Positions 46,770 to 58,253 of a stretch of 64,000 nucleotides of DNA are shown here, piece by piece. Both the position numbers and the translations under genes were made by a program. The stretch's first letter is position 1. The number at the start of each line of letters is the position of its first letter. The notes under the pieces were generated by a model. It did not search any database. It saw only the letters and a program-made list of their open reading frames with translations, and was not told the origin of the DNA. The DNA is from Halocafeteria seosinensis (Eukaryota): NCBI GenBank assembly GCA_001687465.1, contig LVLI01000696.1, positions 1 through 64,000 of the forward strand, given 5' to 3'.

Positions 46770-47626
46770 CTAATGCGACTGGTGCAGCTTGGATTTCTTC
46801 ATGAGCTCCATGGTATCAGCGCGTTGGACCGCCGATTTGGAAGCCATTGCACAATTGTCCTCTATCCAATGTTGTTCGCTTTGCCCAACTTTTCTTTGCA
46901 ATTCCCCTAACTCTATCCCGTACACCCTCTTCGTCGAGGGATTATAGTAGCATCCATTCCCACAATCATAACACCCTTCAGGAACTCCTGGAAGCGTCGA
47001 CTCTGTCCCAGAATGATTGGTTCCTTCCGTGACGGGGCGGTTAGAGAGTTGTGTATTACCCGCAGGTAAAATACCATTTTTCGATTGTAAAGTCACACTA
47101 CCTGTTGTTGTGCCTCTGTCGCAACCGACTTCTTGATGTGGTAGAGTGTCCAAGTTATCGCTGCCATCTTTGTGTAACTGTTTCGCATATTCCTTCTCGA
47201 AATGAAATCGTCGGTCGCCGGAAGAAAGGTAGTCCCAACCTTCCTTTTCATACTGTAATTGATCCCCATAAACATAGTAGCCTGTCCGTTCACGGCCATA
47301 GTACCACTCGCTGACGTATCTTCCTCCATTGGGGTATCTAAGCTCGCCCTTGCCGTGAAATGTGCCATGATGAAATTCCCCTGTATGTAACCTGACATCC
47401 ACGTTCACGCTTCCAAAACGAGGAACCCATGGATGTGCTTACCTGCGTATGTTACACCATCAGGGAAGGTATATTCCCCATACCCTTCCATTCGACCATT
47501 ATTCGTATCGCCATCGTACTGCGCAGAGTATCAGAGAGGAAATCGTAGGTGCTTAAAGCTACGGGAGGGCTTGCATACAATACTTACGTTAGCTCCCAAG
47601 AGTTCAGCCACCACGTTCACACTCAT
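46770..47626 (-). CDS. MORN5: MORN repeat-containing protein 5, spliced
   Basis: YDGDTNNGRMEGYGEYTFPDG, FHGKGELRYPNG, WDYLSSGDRRF, PAGNTQL and VPEGCYDCGNG. Confidence 0.85.
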
Positions 47627-48259
47627 TCTCTTCTTTATGGCTCTCCAGAGATCACACAATAGCGCTGATGTCCAAGCAAATTACTAACAGTGGTCCTTTT
47701 ATGGTAGTAAATGGACCTGACGAAACTAAACCTACAGCATTCTAGCTTGTGGCAATTGGCGCGCTGGCGCAGCCAGTGGCCCCACTTCAACCAAGAACTC
47801 CATGCTGATCCTGAACATCTTCATTAAACAGCTTCGAAAAAATGAGTAATGTCCTCCTCCGAAGTTTGCTCGAAGTCAGTGGAAGTAGTAGTTTCACTGC
47901 TGGACAGCCTCGGAAGGAGGCACTTCTGGACTGCCGACTGGTGACCGCAGTACATTGTACAGTCTACACCCGTTGGTGACCGGGGACAGGCTTTGGTTTA
48001 GCATATCGGCCCTAGCTGCTTCGTGGTAGTCATTTATAGCGAGATCAGGTTTCGCACATCTCGTTGGAAACGCAGTCGATTCCATGGATTCTCATGAGTG
48101 ACCACAGTCTTCTCTGGTGGTGAACCGAAACTTCAACGACTGCCAATACACCTTTCACATCCGTGACTTCGTGCATTGTTAAGGGTTTGAACGAACTCTT
48201 ACAAAGAAGAATTCCGTTTGTAGACCTTTGTTTTCTTGTGGTCGTCGGTGCTAGCAATC

Positions 48260-48805
48260 ATGAGAATCAGAACAGCCACCGAACAAGAGATGCCGACCCT
48301 GGCTGAGCTCGAGAAGCTTATCGAGGAGCGGGATCCACAGGAGGCAGCGTCTGAGGAGACATTGCGAGGACGTTTCCATATGCATCCTCACGGATTCTTT
48401 GTGGCCGAGGAAGAGCGAAGAGACAAGTCTGACGGGGAAGTGAAAACCTTACCCATTGGGTATTTGCAAACATGCCGGTGGAGCAGAGAACTGGGGGAAC
48501 CTGGATTTCGAACCTTCGATGAGATCCGCAACTTTCCTGAAAAACACGATCCTGAGGGACCCATACTGTACATAATATATCTCGGGGTACTACCTGAACA
48601 CAGAAAAAAAGGAGTAGGCACGGCGTTGGTTGAGACAGCCATACGGTTCGCTAAAGAGAATGGGATGAGAAAAGTGCAGCTGGCGGCAGAGCCTCCGCGG
48701 TTTCCTTTCTACCAACATTCTGGACTTCAGCAAGCCCCCAGCGGTGAGCTTCCTAACTTTGTGTCAGGAGATACGATGTACATTATGGAATATCGCTGTC
48801 ACTAA
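48260..48805 (+). CDS. GNAT-family N-acetyltransferase, intronless
   Basis: MRIRTAT start; acetyl-CoA motif LGVLPEHRKKGVGTALV; FYQHSG. Confidence 0.88.
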   Translation: MRIRTATEQEMPTLAELEKLIEERDPQEAASEETLRGRFHMHPHGFFVAEEERRDKSDGEVKTLPIGYLQTCRWSRELGEPGFRTFDEIRNFPEKHDPEGPILYIIYLGVLPEHRKKGVGTALVETAIRFAKENGMRKVQLAAEPPRFPFYQHSGLQQAPSGELPNFVSGDTMYIMEYRCH

Positions 48806-48820
48806 AGTAAGCCTCGTGAC

Positions 48821-50350
48821 CTATCCTTTAGCCAGGAACGACGAAGCTACCATACCATTCAGAGATTCTAGGTTGTCGAAGTATGGTAAATAGTCACATG
48901 CTGTCTCGACAAAACCGCGATCAAGTAAAAGCCTCCTGATGCCCCATAAATGCTTAAATGCCTCACGGGTTATTGATTCTTGTTTACAGTAAGTCATATC
49001 CAAATAGGTTAGTCTCGTTAAGTGGCGAAAGCCGTCATCGCTGATGGCAGACTGATTACAATGACTCATGTCCAACACTGACAACTGCCACAGATGTCTA
49101 AAGGCTTCGTTGGTTAGGTTCGATTGGTTGCAGTGATGCATAAACAGCGAGCCTAATTTCGGTAAATGCAAGAACATCGCGTCGTCCACTTGGGTACAAT
49201 CGCTGATATCTAACGTCTGCAGATTGCTTAAACAGCGCATCATCTCGTTTCCCATAGATAATTGTTGACACGCACATATACGAAGGCATGTTAACGTCGA
49301 TAAACTGTAAAAGGTTAGATCAGTTATCGTTTGCTGCGTACAAAATCCCATATCCAAAAAGGATAAATGCTTAAAATGGCGAAAGGCAAAGTCGGTTATG
49401 GTGGTTTGATTGCATCCTTTCATACGTAGCCTCGTTAGTTTTGAAAGATGTTGAAGTCCATAATCACTTATTGTTGACTGATTGCATTCGCCCATGTCCA
49501 AAGAAACAAGGGGGGCACTAGACAGGTGCAAAAATGCCTCGTCGCTGATATCACGGCAACTGTCGATACGCAAATGTGAGAGGCACCGTTTGTTATAGAA
49601 CGCGTCATCTGGTACAGAAGAATCGAGCGATCCTCCCATACTGAAATGCTGTAGCATTAGGAGGTGCTGGAAACCATTCGCCGTGAGAGCCTGAGAGTTA
49701 CTATGGCGCAATGCCAACGATCGCAGGTTAGTTAAGTACATGAGAGCATCATCGGTTAAAGTTGGTTCAATGCAGCAAAATAATCGAAGCGCGCGGAGCT
49801 TTGTTAGGTATTGAAAAACACCGGAAGTGAGCTTGTTTCTCACTCGATCGAAGCGTAAATACCGCCCCCGCTCGTAAAAACTTAGATCCAACGAAGTCAA
49901 GTTGGAGAGATGTTGGAACACCTTATCGGTTATACTGGTCAAATCTCTCCTGGAAATGGACAGCGACCTTAAATTAGTTAGGTGCGCAAACACTGCTGGA
50001 GTAGGTTGGCAGCGCGAGAGCTTAGAAAGGTGCAAGCACGTCAGTGTGGAGAAGTGCCTGAATTCTTCATCCGTTACAGAACCAGAGACGGATACACATC
50101 CCTTAAAGTTACTGTATTCGGTGGTCAATTTTAACGCGACGTTGGCGTCGGAATTGACATTTAATTTGCACCCCTTCCAAGAGTAAGTAGCAGCGATAGG
50201 TTGAGTAGATGTTCCCAGACAGTTGCCGCTCTGCGATGCCACTGTTTCCCAGTACAGAACTTCCTTCTCAATTGGCACCGGATTCGCTCGCCGCCGCTCC
50301 GTAAACCAGACGAGATAGAGGTGGAGGAGCTGTCGTTGACAGAGCGCCAT
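48821..50350 (-). CDS. Cys-containing LRR protein (FBXL/AMN1-like)
   Basis: Many ~25-aa repeats LxxLDMxxCNQxxIxDxxFxHL. Confidence 0.8.
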   Translation of the reverse strand: MALCQRQLLHLYLVWFTERRRANPVPIEKEVLYWETVASQSGNCLGTSTQPIAATYSWKGCKLNVNSDANVALKLTTEYSNFKGCVSVSGSVTDEEFRHFSTLTCLHLSKLSRCQPTPAVFAHLTNLRSLSISRRDLTSITDKVFQHLSNLTSLDLSFYERGRYLRFDRVRNKLTSGVFQYLTKLRALRLFCCIEPTLTDDALMYLTNLRSLALRHSNSQALTANGFQHLLMLQHFSMGGSLDSSVPDDAFYNKRCLSHLRIDSCRDISDEAFLHLSSAPLVSLDMGECNQSTISDYGLQHLSKLTRLRMKGCNQTTITDFAFRHFKHLSFLDMGFCTQQTITDLTFYSLSTLTCLRICACQQLSMGNEMMRCLSNLQTLDISDCTQVDDAMFLHLPKLGSLFMHHCNQSNLTNEAFRHLWQLSVLDMSHCNQSAISDDGFRHLTRLTYLDMTYCKQESITREAFKHLWGIRRLLLDRGFVETACDYLPYFDNLESLNGMVASSFLAKG

Positions 50351-51330
50351 CGATGGAAGCCTTTGGAACCAGTTTCAGACAGAAGTTCAGAGCTTCCTGA
50401 ACTTCACATACTCCGTAACGAAGCATAACTCCCATGATAACCACTAATACAAGGGTGTACGCCGATAGATGCGGCTTCCCCCTCATCATTGAAGGGACCT
50501 AACAATGCACGGAAAACTTGACAATGTCACACAGTAAGCGCTGAGTACCCAGATACTCACGCCCGCTTCAACCACGGCGACTTCCATTCACCACCCTATT
50601 ACGGGTAGATAGTTCTTTCTGTCTCATGTTCCGAAACAAAAGCTTGATGGATCCAAAGATCCAGAACTTAACTTCATTCCAGTTTGAATCACTGGAAAGT
50701 TGATTCCACGTCGACGACCGGAGATCCCGCGTCGAGCCTCGCGACCTCGGGCAATCGGAGAACACACCTGCTGTCGCTTTCTCACTCTCACAAGCAATAT
50801 CAAGGATTGTCAGTACTCCGACGTCGCAGAGACCTGCCTCCACCGCCTTCGACTTTTTCAAAGTTTGTGTTTGGACTGTTTCTTGGTTCCGTTTTGAGGA
50901 CAGTCACCTTCTTGGCCTCGTATCCTGCACATTGTCTTGTTGGATTCCCAAGAATTGGTTCAACACTCCCCAGAGAATCAGTTCTGAAGCTTTCTCGAAA
51001 CACTACAAAGTATGTCCCTGCTATGACAAATTCTAATTGTCCATGTGAATCAGGGGATGTGGAATTCAGGGCCATTTGGGTGCTGTATAACCCAAGAACA
51101 GTCTGCGGGAAGAAACAGGGTCCTCCCGCATAGTGTGAGGAACTGGCATCATCATGAATTCACGTTCTGCGGTTGGTAGGGGCCTTTCTTGAGACCCTTC
51201 CACATTTTTTATTTTTGTTAAGACAGAGCTCTGGAGTTTGTCGATCCACCTCGATGGAATGGTATCGCAGGTAACTTTAGTGGAGCATTGTACATAACTG
51301 TAACGGATTCACTACAGTACCACCCTCATC

Positions 51331-54300
51331 ATGGATCCCAACACATTTAGCAAACTTTTCGCTCTAAGCCAGCTGGAATCATTGGGAGCGAACGCGTCAA
51401 GTCTTTTCGAATGCGGAAACGAATTTTTCAAGGAGGGCAACTATGCCAAAGCAGTTGAAAGCTGGGATTATGCTTTACTCCAAGGGGGACCACACCCTAG
51501 CATATACTTTAACAAATCGCTTGCCTTGTACAATCTGAAACGATACCATGACGCTCTTGAAACCATCAATAAAGCTTTGGAATTGTGTCCGAGTCAGTCC
51601 GGCGCTCACATGAATAAGGCGAATATCCTGGTTGCCTTAGAAAGGTACGACGACGCTGTTCAAGAGTACCAAGCAGAACCTCAAAGGACGAACGAGCTTT
51701 GGCAAAAACTGGCAATGTGCTATAAGCAAATGCAAGCACCACAACGTGCACTGGGTTGCTATGACATGATTTTGTCAAACAATCCGAGGTCATCCGCCAC
51801 CTACACCAACAAGGGTGACGCCCTAAATTTGTTGGGTCGCTATCAGGACGCGGAGCGATGTCTGACAACTGCCCTTCGGCTTGATCCTTTCAATGCTGTC
51901 GCTTATGATAACAAAGCTTATTCTTTACATCAGCAGGGCAGGTATGATGACGCCATGCAGTTTGCATGGAAGAGTATTCAATTCGGAGAAACTGCTTGGT
52001 CCCTCATAATCATTGCGAGCTGTTTAAGCCGCAAGCATGAATGGGATACGGCACGAAAATCTCTAGCGAAAGCAGCCACGCTTCTCCAACAGGGAAAGTG
52101 CTTTCAAGGAGCATCAAGTCCACAAGAAAGGGAGGAAGCAAAGAAGCTTTTCGAAGAAGTTGCGCAGAGAGTATACGGCTCGTCAGAGACCGCTACTGGC
52201 TCTGGAAGCAGCTCCTCTAATGCTCCCAACGAAGAAACTAGCTCCATGAAGTGTAATTACAATCATACAACCAACTCAGCCCGCAGTGTTCCAAGCGAGC
52301 AGCAGGCTAAAGCGGTAGATCTGACGAACCGTGGCATGAACGCAGAGGACAATGGAGAACTAATGGCGGCTTTAGAGCTATTTGAGAAGGCAATTCGGCT
52401 TCATCCGGAATATGCTTGGGCATACGAAGGAAGAGCAAGTGTATTGTTTAAATTAGGGAATTTCAAGTCTGCGAAAGATTCGTTTCAATGTGCTTTGAAA
52501 TACGATCCAAGGAATGATGCTCTATATGTGGGAATTGCCCGCTGCCTGAACTCCATGGAGGAACATTTCAAAGCGCAAGAATACTGCGATAAGGCGATTG
52601 CTCTTGAAAGTAGCAACACTGAGGCATATGTTCAAAAAGGTCGAGCACAGAAATTGTTAGGGAAAAACAAAGATGCAATTAAACAGTTCGATCAGGCATT
52701 AAGGAATGATCCCAAGTGCGTTGAGGCTTTTCGTGGCAAATGTCAAGCCCATCTCAACCTGCAGAATTGGAGTGAAGCCTTAGCGAACTGTGAGAGCGCC
52801 TTAAAGGTCGACAATAAGGTGCCATCTGTCATGGAAGAGAAGGCCTGTATTTTCGAAAAAATGGGTGAATTAGGAAAGGCTTTGCGATGCTATGAAGAGT
52901 CGGTTCAACTCGACTCAAGCCGACCAGAATCCTTGATCGGCCAAGGATCTGTTCTTGCCCAGCTAAATAAACATCATGATGCCATTAAGTGCTATGACCG
53001 CGCAATAGAGTTGGACAAAGATCGTAGCGTTGCATATACGAGGAAAGGTGAGAGTTTACAATCTTTGGGTAAGATGCAAGAGGCGATGAATTGCTACGAA
53101 AGTGCGTTAAACATCGATAAGAATGATGGGTATGCGAAGCGAATGAAGGCTCTATGTAAAGAGAAATTATCTAAAGAAACCGTCATATCGTACGATTCGT
53201 CTGCGAGACAGGTACCTGAGTATCTCTCTGACGAGTCAGTGCGTCAGGCGTCAGAATTACTGAACAAAGGTATCACGTTGGATGATGAAGGCAAACGAGA
53301 AAATGCCCTACAGTGCTTGGAGGAGTCAGTACGCTTAAACCCGCGATACTGGTATGGTTTTAAAATCCAAGGGGATGTCTTGTCGACATTGCAACGGTTT
53401 TCGGAAGCAATAGAGATGTACGGCAAAGCATTGAAACTGGATCCTCGTAACGCCGACGTTATGATTGGTAAAAGTAATGCTCTGCTTAGTCTTGGAAACC
53501 TCAACGAGGCTCTCCGCTCCGCCAACCAAGCTATACAAGAAGACAATCATTGCTCCATGGCACACGTCGCCCGAGCTGCTGCTTTAGTAAAACTCGGCGA
53601 GTACAGCAAAGCATTGGAATCTGCTACTAGAGCTGTCGATGTCGACCCGTCCTGCGTCGATGCTATGTACAACCAGGCTAGAGCTTTGAAAGGACTCGCA
53701 CGGTACGAAGAAGCAGTGGACAAGTTTAACAATGTTATCGAAAAAGATTCCGGTAGAATTCCCGCCCGATTAAATAAAGGCACTACGCTGATAAAGCAAT
53801 CCAAGTACACTAAAGCAGTGAAGTGCTTTGATGAGGTAATCGAAATCGAGCCAGAGAACTCCACAGCCCATTCCAATAAAGGGACAGCTCTTGCGTGGTT
53901 GGAGCGGTATCAGGAAGCGTTTGATTCCTACAGTGAAGCCCTGAGAATCAAACCATCTGATTCTACTGCCAAGAAGAACAAAGACTGGGTACTCCAGTAC
54001 TTGCCTGAATCCGCCCAAACCACTACTCAACCAGCATCGGCGCAACGCACAGGTGGGAACGATGGTGGTAGTAGTCATTCCGCGGAAGAACTCGACCGAT
54101 TTCGCTTGATGCTATCCCAACATGCCCAAACGCTAGAGCAAGCCGTATCCCGTAGCGAACTGACTGGAACGCTGTATCGTGAAGCCCAGGAGGAAGAAAT
54201 TCGGCATATTGAGGAAACTGCTATACTCCGAGACTTTTACCATGGGTTGAAGTCAACACTGTTTGACTATTTCATGACTGCGGTAGTCATACAAAGTGGG

Positions 54301-55605
54301 CACGTTACACCCTGTTCCAGTGAAAGCAAGACAGCGGTAGGCCTCTCTGTGGTAGAGTTCCTACTGGGAGCAGTTCCGATTGTCAGCCACATCTCGAAAG
54401 GAGTCAATGGACTTTTGAGGAAATCTCTAAGTATTAAAGCAGAAAGTGGTTTAAACAACCTACTTCGTTTGGAAGCCGATCACACTAGGATTAAGGGTAC
54501 AGTTGAAGAGATTAGTCGAGGGTTTACGCTAGCACTAGCAGACAAGATACCCGACAAGTTGCCAGACGAACAAGGTTTGTGGGAGAAGCTCAAATCGTGT
54601 TATAAGAAAATGTTTTACTCTCAGTTGCCTGAGAGTATTCATCATGCGGAAGGCTCCTCCCATGGGCTTGCGATTGTGAAGGAGTGCATGAAGGGTCATT
54701 TATCCAAAGAAGACTTTACGACGGAACATCTGTTGCGGGTGCTCATCGGGGAGCAAGCCGTAAATGCTCTTGAAGCAAAAAGAGGGAGCATGACGACGCC
54801 GGCGGAAAAAGCAACTTGGGGTAGAAGTCCGTCCCGTAATCCCGACTCTCCAGGAGAGACTTCGACTACAATAGCACCCCAAACAGATACCATCGCCGAA
54901 GTCCGATACTTGCGTCAACAATTAGAGGAAATGAAAGAGAGAGTTCCTGCAGAATCCGCGTCGACCAGCGATACCGAAGTCAAAAACATGATGGAAGAAA
55001 TTGCTACCTTAAAGAAACAACTGGCGCAATTGAACAAACGCGATGGCGACGAGGATGCCGAAGGAGATGTGGAGTGTCAGCAGATGCTCAGGAAGAGCGA
55101 AAACTCCAGCAAGTCTGGGAATTCCTCCAACTCTGGAAGCAGCGTCGCCACAAGGAGCGAAATTTCAGCGATATGGGCGGCGTTAAGGGAAATGCGAATC
55201 ACAGTAACACAAATGGCTGAAGCGCCGAGCCTCCGTAAAGACTTTGTTTCAATGCGTTTTGAGGGAGCAATTATTCCGTTTTCGCAGGCAACTGCGTTGC
55301 TGAAGGAGCTTGTAGATGAGCAGCATCCAGAGGGAGATCACCGTTATGTTGAAGGTTCCGCTTCATTTCGCCCTGGCAAACGATCCATCGCTGACGAACT
55401 CAAGGGCACCTCCGCGAAACCTCCAGGTACAGTAACAGGAACTGCAATTTTAAATTTCTTGTCCAACAAATTGCCAGACGTCGCTCCCGAGAAAGCTTTA
55501 GAAAAGTTTAAAAGGTACTTGCCTGACGATGGGACAGAAGATTTGTATGCTCAAGATACCTCTGACTCCGACAAGCTTGGGATGCTTTGGGATTCGTTAA
55601 AGTGA
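51331..55605 (+). CDS. Large intronless TPR-repeat protein with an uncharacterised C-terminal helical/coiled-coil region
   Basis: More than 20 TPR units (e.g. AYTRKGESLQSLGKMQEAMNCYESALNID) arranged in three blocks. Confidence 0.9.
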   Translation: MDPNTFSKLFALSQLESLGANASSLFECGNEFFKEGNYAKAVESWDYALLQGGPHPSIYFNKSLALYNLKRYHDALETINKALELCPSQSGAHMNKANILVALERYDDAVQEYQAEPQRTNELWQKLAMCYKQMQAPQRALGCYDMILSNNPRSSATYTNKGDALNLLGRYQDAERCLTTALRLDPFNAVAYDNKAYSLHQQGRYDDAMQFAWKSIQFGETAWSLIIIASCLSRKHEWDTARKSLAKAATLLQQGKCFQGASSPQEREEAKKLFEEVAQRVYGSSETATGSGSSSSNAPNEETSSMKCNYNHTTNSARSVPSEQQAKAVDLTNRGMNAEDNGELMAALELFEKAIRLHPEYAWAYEGRASVLFKLGNFKSAKDSFQCALKYDPRNDALYVGIARCLNSMEEHFKAQEYCDKAIALESSNTEAYVQKGRAQKLLGKNKDAIKQFDQALRNDPKCVEAFRGKCQAHLNLQNWSEALANCESALKVDNKVPSVMEEKACIFEKMGELGKALRCYEESVQLDSSRPESLIGQGSVLAQLNKHHDAIKCYDRAIELDKDRSVAYTRKGESLQSLGKMQEAMNCYESALNIDKNDGYAKRMKALCKEKLSKETVISYDSSARQVPEYLSDESVRQASELLNKGITLDDEGKRENALQCLEESVRLNPRYWYGFKIQGDVLSTLQRFSEAIEMYGKALKLDPRNADVMIGKSNALLSLGNLNEALRSANQAIQEDNHCSMAHVARAAALVKLGEYSKALESATRAVDVDPSCVDAMYNQARALKGLARYEEAVDKFNNVIEKDSGRIPARLNKGTTLIKQSKYTKAVKCFDEVIEIEPENSTAHSNKGTALAWLERYQEAFDSYSEALRIKPSDSTAKKNKDWVLQYLPESAQTTTQPASAQRTGGNDGGSSHSAEELDRFRLMLSQHAQTLEQAVSRSELTGTLYREAQEEEIRHIEETAILRDFYHGLKSTLFDYFMTAVVIQSGHVTPCSSESKTAVGLSVVEFLLGAVPIVSHISKGVNGLLRKSLSIKAESGLNNLLRLEADHTRIKGTVEEISRGFTLALADKIPDKLPDEQGLWEKLKSCYKKMFYSQLPESIHHAEGSSHGLAIVKECMKGHLSKEDFTTEHLLRVLIGEQAVNALEAKRGSMTTPAEKATWGRSPSRNPDSPGETSTTIAPQTDTIAEVRYLRQQLEEMKERVPAESASTSDTEVKNMMEEIATLKKQLAQLNKRDGDEDAEGDVECQQMLRKSENSSKSGNSSNSGSSVATRSEISAIWAALREMRITVTQMAEAPSLRKDFVSMRFEGAIIPFSQATALLKELVDEQHPEGDHRYVEGSASFRPGKRSIADELKGTSAKPPGTVTGTAILNFLSNKLPDVAPEKALEKFKRYLPDDGTEDLYAQDTSDSDKLGMLWDSLK

Positions 55606-56228
55606 GTGACTACCGAGGTCGCATTTTCGCCAGCAACGACGCCGTGGCAGTTTCAGTGTAGTTGTTGATCGGCCACATCTGGGTGTATTTGAACGAGGAA
55701 TCGAATCGAATGATTCGTGGACTCTCACGTCTTCGAATCGGTAGTCTTCATCCTACTCTCTTTTAAAGCTGCAAACAGAGCGATGCTATCTTGGTATCCA
55801 CGAACTCTGCCAAAAACGTCTCATCATTTCTCCAAAAGTGCTGATAAGCTCGGTTTGATAAACATGCTCCCACCTTGTACTAAGTACTGATTACAGTAGA
55901 CAGTAAAATCTCTTTGATCCCAACGTTCACGTTGTACAGCGACTTTTCATCGTACATGGTGTGTTGATGAAATCGACCATTTCACGAGCGTTCCTTGCTT
56001 TGTCCTTGACAAATTGTATAGACCAGTGAACAATTCTTCGTCTTAGTGGTTGAAGTTACAGTTTGCGACAAGTAGAAGTTGGCTCCCCTATAAGCATTTG
56101 TATGCCAGTTATTGAAAGGTTGACGGGCAGTTCAGTTTCTTGTCTATTCTAGTTTAGTGCAATTGTATCTCCTTGTTTGCTTCCTGGCGCTCTATACCCG
56201 TAGCGCGCTGTGTACTCGCGAGCTCAGG

Positions 56229-56908
56229 ATGCCGTTAACCCAGGACGAGATTGATGGATGTCGGGATGCGTTCCTGGCGTATGATAAAGACCGAAACGGT
56301 TGCATCGAAGTATGGGAGCTAAAGGAAGTTCTTGAAGGTAGGCGCATTTAGAATCTCTCCTTGACATTCTCTTGAACTGCAATGTGGGTGTGGTGGTGTT
56401 ATGTGCAGCCATGGGTCAAAAGCCAACAGAGGAGGAGCTCTTTCAGATGATATCAGAAGTCGATGAAAATGCCAGTGGGACAATTGGTACGTCTTTTCCT
56501 CTTTTATTTTATGTCTGTGGGACAGTCGATCCAGTTTTTGTGGGGAAAATATACTCTACCATCACATGCAATGCAGATTTTGGCGAGTTTTTAAAGGTAA
56601 TAGAAAAACAAAAGGAACGAGCTGAGACGTTCGACGACGAGAGTGATATGGGTAGGTCGTAATTCTCTGATTCTATTGGATACAATTGTTTTCGAAATGA
56701 GTTTATCGGTTTTGAGCTCGCAGTGGATGCATTTGTTGCATGCGGCGGCAACGCAGATAAAACAGGCCACGTGAAACGTGAGACATTAGTTAAGATAATC
56801 AAAGAGGACTTTGGTCTAACAATTGATATAGAAAAATTGATTGACGATATTGATGAAGATGGGAGTGGGGAGATTGAATACAATGAATTCAAGCAATTAT
56901 TGTCGTAA
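56229..56908 (+). CDS. EF-hand protein, flagellar outer-arm dynein 18-kDa light chain (LC4)-like, spliced
   Basis: [51 protein letters not shown] and FGLTIDIEKLIDDIDEDGSGEIEYNEF. Confidence 0.85.
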
Positions 56909-57190
56909 ACAGCAGTTGTATTTCGGGAAGAGGGGTACCATTGCATCTGTCTCGGGGATATGACAAAGAAAACTAATGCACACCGTATACCTCTCCACAG
57001 TATCATTTTGTTATACATATAGTGCCCGGTATGTAGAGTGTGGTCCGAGTTCCAACCTCAACCAGGAAGTACAGTGGCATGCTTCGGGCGAATTGATTGA
57101 TTTCATCAACAGACATGCAACTAGCCATAGCTTTTGTAGCAAGTATTTTGTAGCACCATTCGTGTAGATATCTCCTCTGAGGGCATCAAA

Positions 57191-58176
57191 ATGACGGAAG
57201 AACAGCCTCGAGATTACGTAGGTGGCTCCTTTATTCACACACCTCCCCGATGATACATGACGCTCTCTCTCTCTCTCTCGTGTGTCTCTGCAGTGTATCG
57301 TGCTGTTTGCGTCTATGTCCTCCAACATGGAGCACAAAGCCAACACGAACCAATTATTGCAGCTCTTTGACAGTACGTACACCTTCGATGCGCGTGTTTT
57401 TTCTTCCTATTCCTCCTTGATGGCCTATGATGCAATGATTCTGACTGCAGCACACAAGATAGAGTACGAACTGCTAGATGGAGCTGATACGGGGAATGCA
57501 GAACTTCGAAATCAGTATGTAGAGTGTGCATTACCAACGAGCAATTTTTTTATTTGGGAGGTGAGATTCGTGGGTGTTTGTCGATGCGACACGATGGAAT
57601 GCAGTTTGTTTGGCCTCTCTGGACTGCGGGGCCAATATCCTCAAGTGTTTCTGTGTGATAAGCCATGCAAAGATGTGACTAAAACATCTGCTTGGAAATT
57701 CGTAGGAGGATGGCAAACGATACAGGTAAGTTTCATCCGCTATTCAACGGGGGAGGTATGACGGGGTATATACATTCGATAGATGTGATATGATACAGAG
57801 AATGAATGAAAATAACTACGAATTGAAAGAATTCGACGAAGCTTTTAAAAATGTAAGGAGGTTGGATAAGGTAGCAACCCAGGCTACGGGCGTGGTTCGA
57901 CCTGACGCAGCTGGACCGGAAGCAGACTATACCCCGTCAACCAACACTCAGCCCCAGCAGTCATCCAAGACAAATAGAAGCCATCAGCGAGAAGAAACTA
58001 CAATTTCGTTTGATGAGTTCGAGAAGCGTCGTCCAGCCGCAGGACGCTCTATCGTGGATTGGGAGCAGCATAGTGACGAGGAAGGAGATCCATTTTGGTA
58101 CAATAGCCATACCGGAGAAAGCAGTTGGTATCCGCCTGTGGGATGGGAAGAATATTGCAAGCGCACTGCTACCTAG
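57191..58176 (+). CDS. SH3BGR/glutaredoxin-like domain plus C-terminal WW domain, spliced
   Basis: IEYELLDGAD...ELRN...LSGLRGQYPQVF...FVGGW; WW domain DWEQHSDEEGDPFWYNSHTGESSWYPP. Confidence 0.65.
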
Positions 58177-58253
58177 TCATTCCCAATAGCACCCACCACT
58201 TAATGTTCCTAGTGTGGAATAATCTACACCTAAGACAGAGTTGCCTAGTTGCT

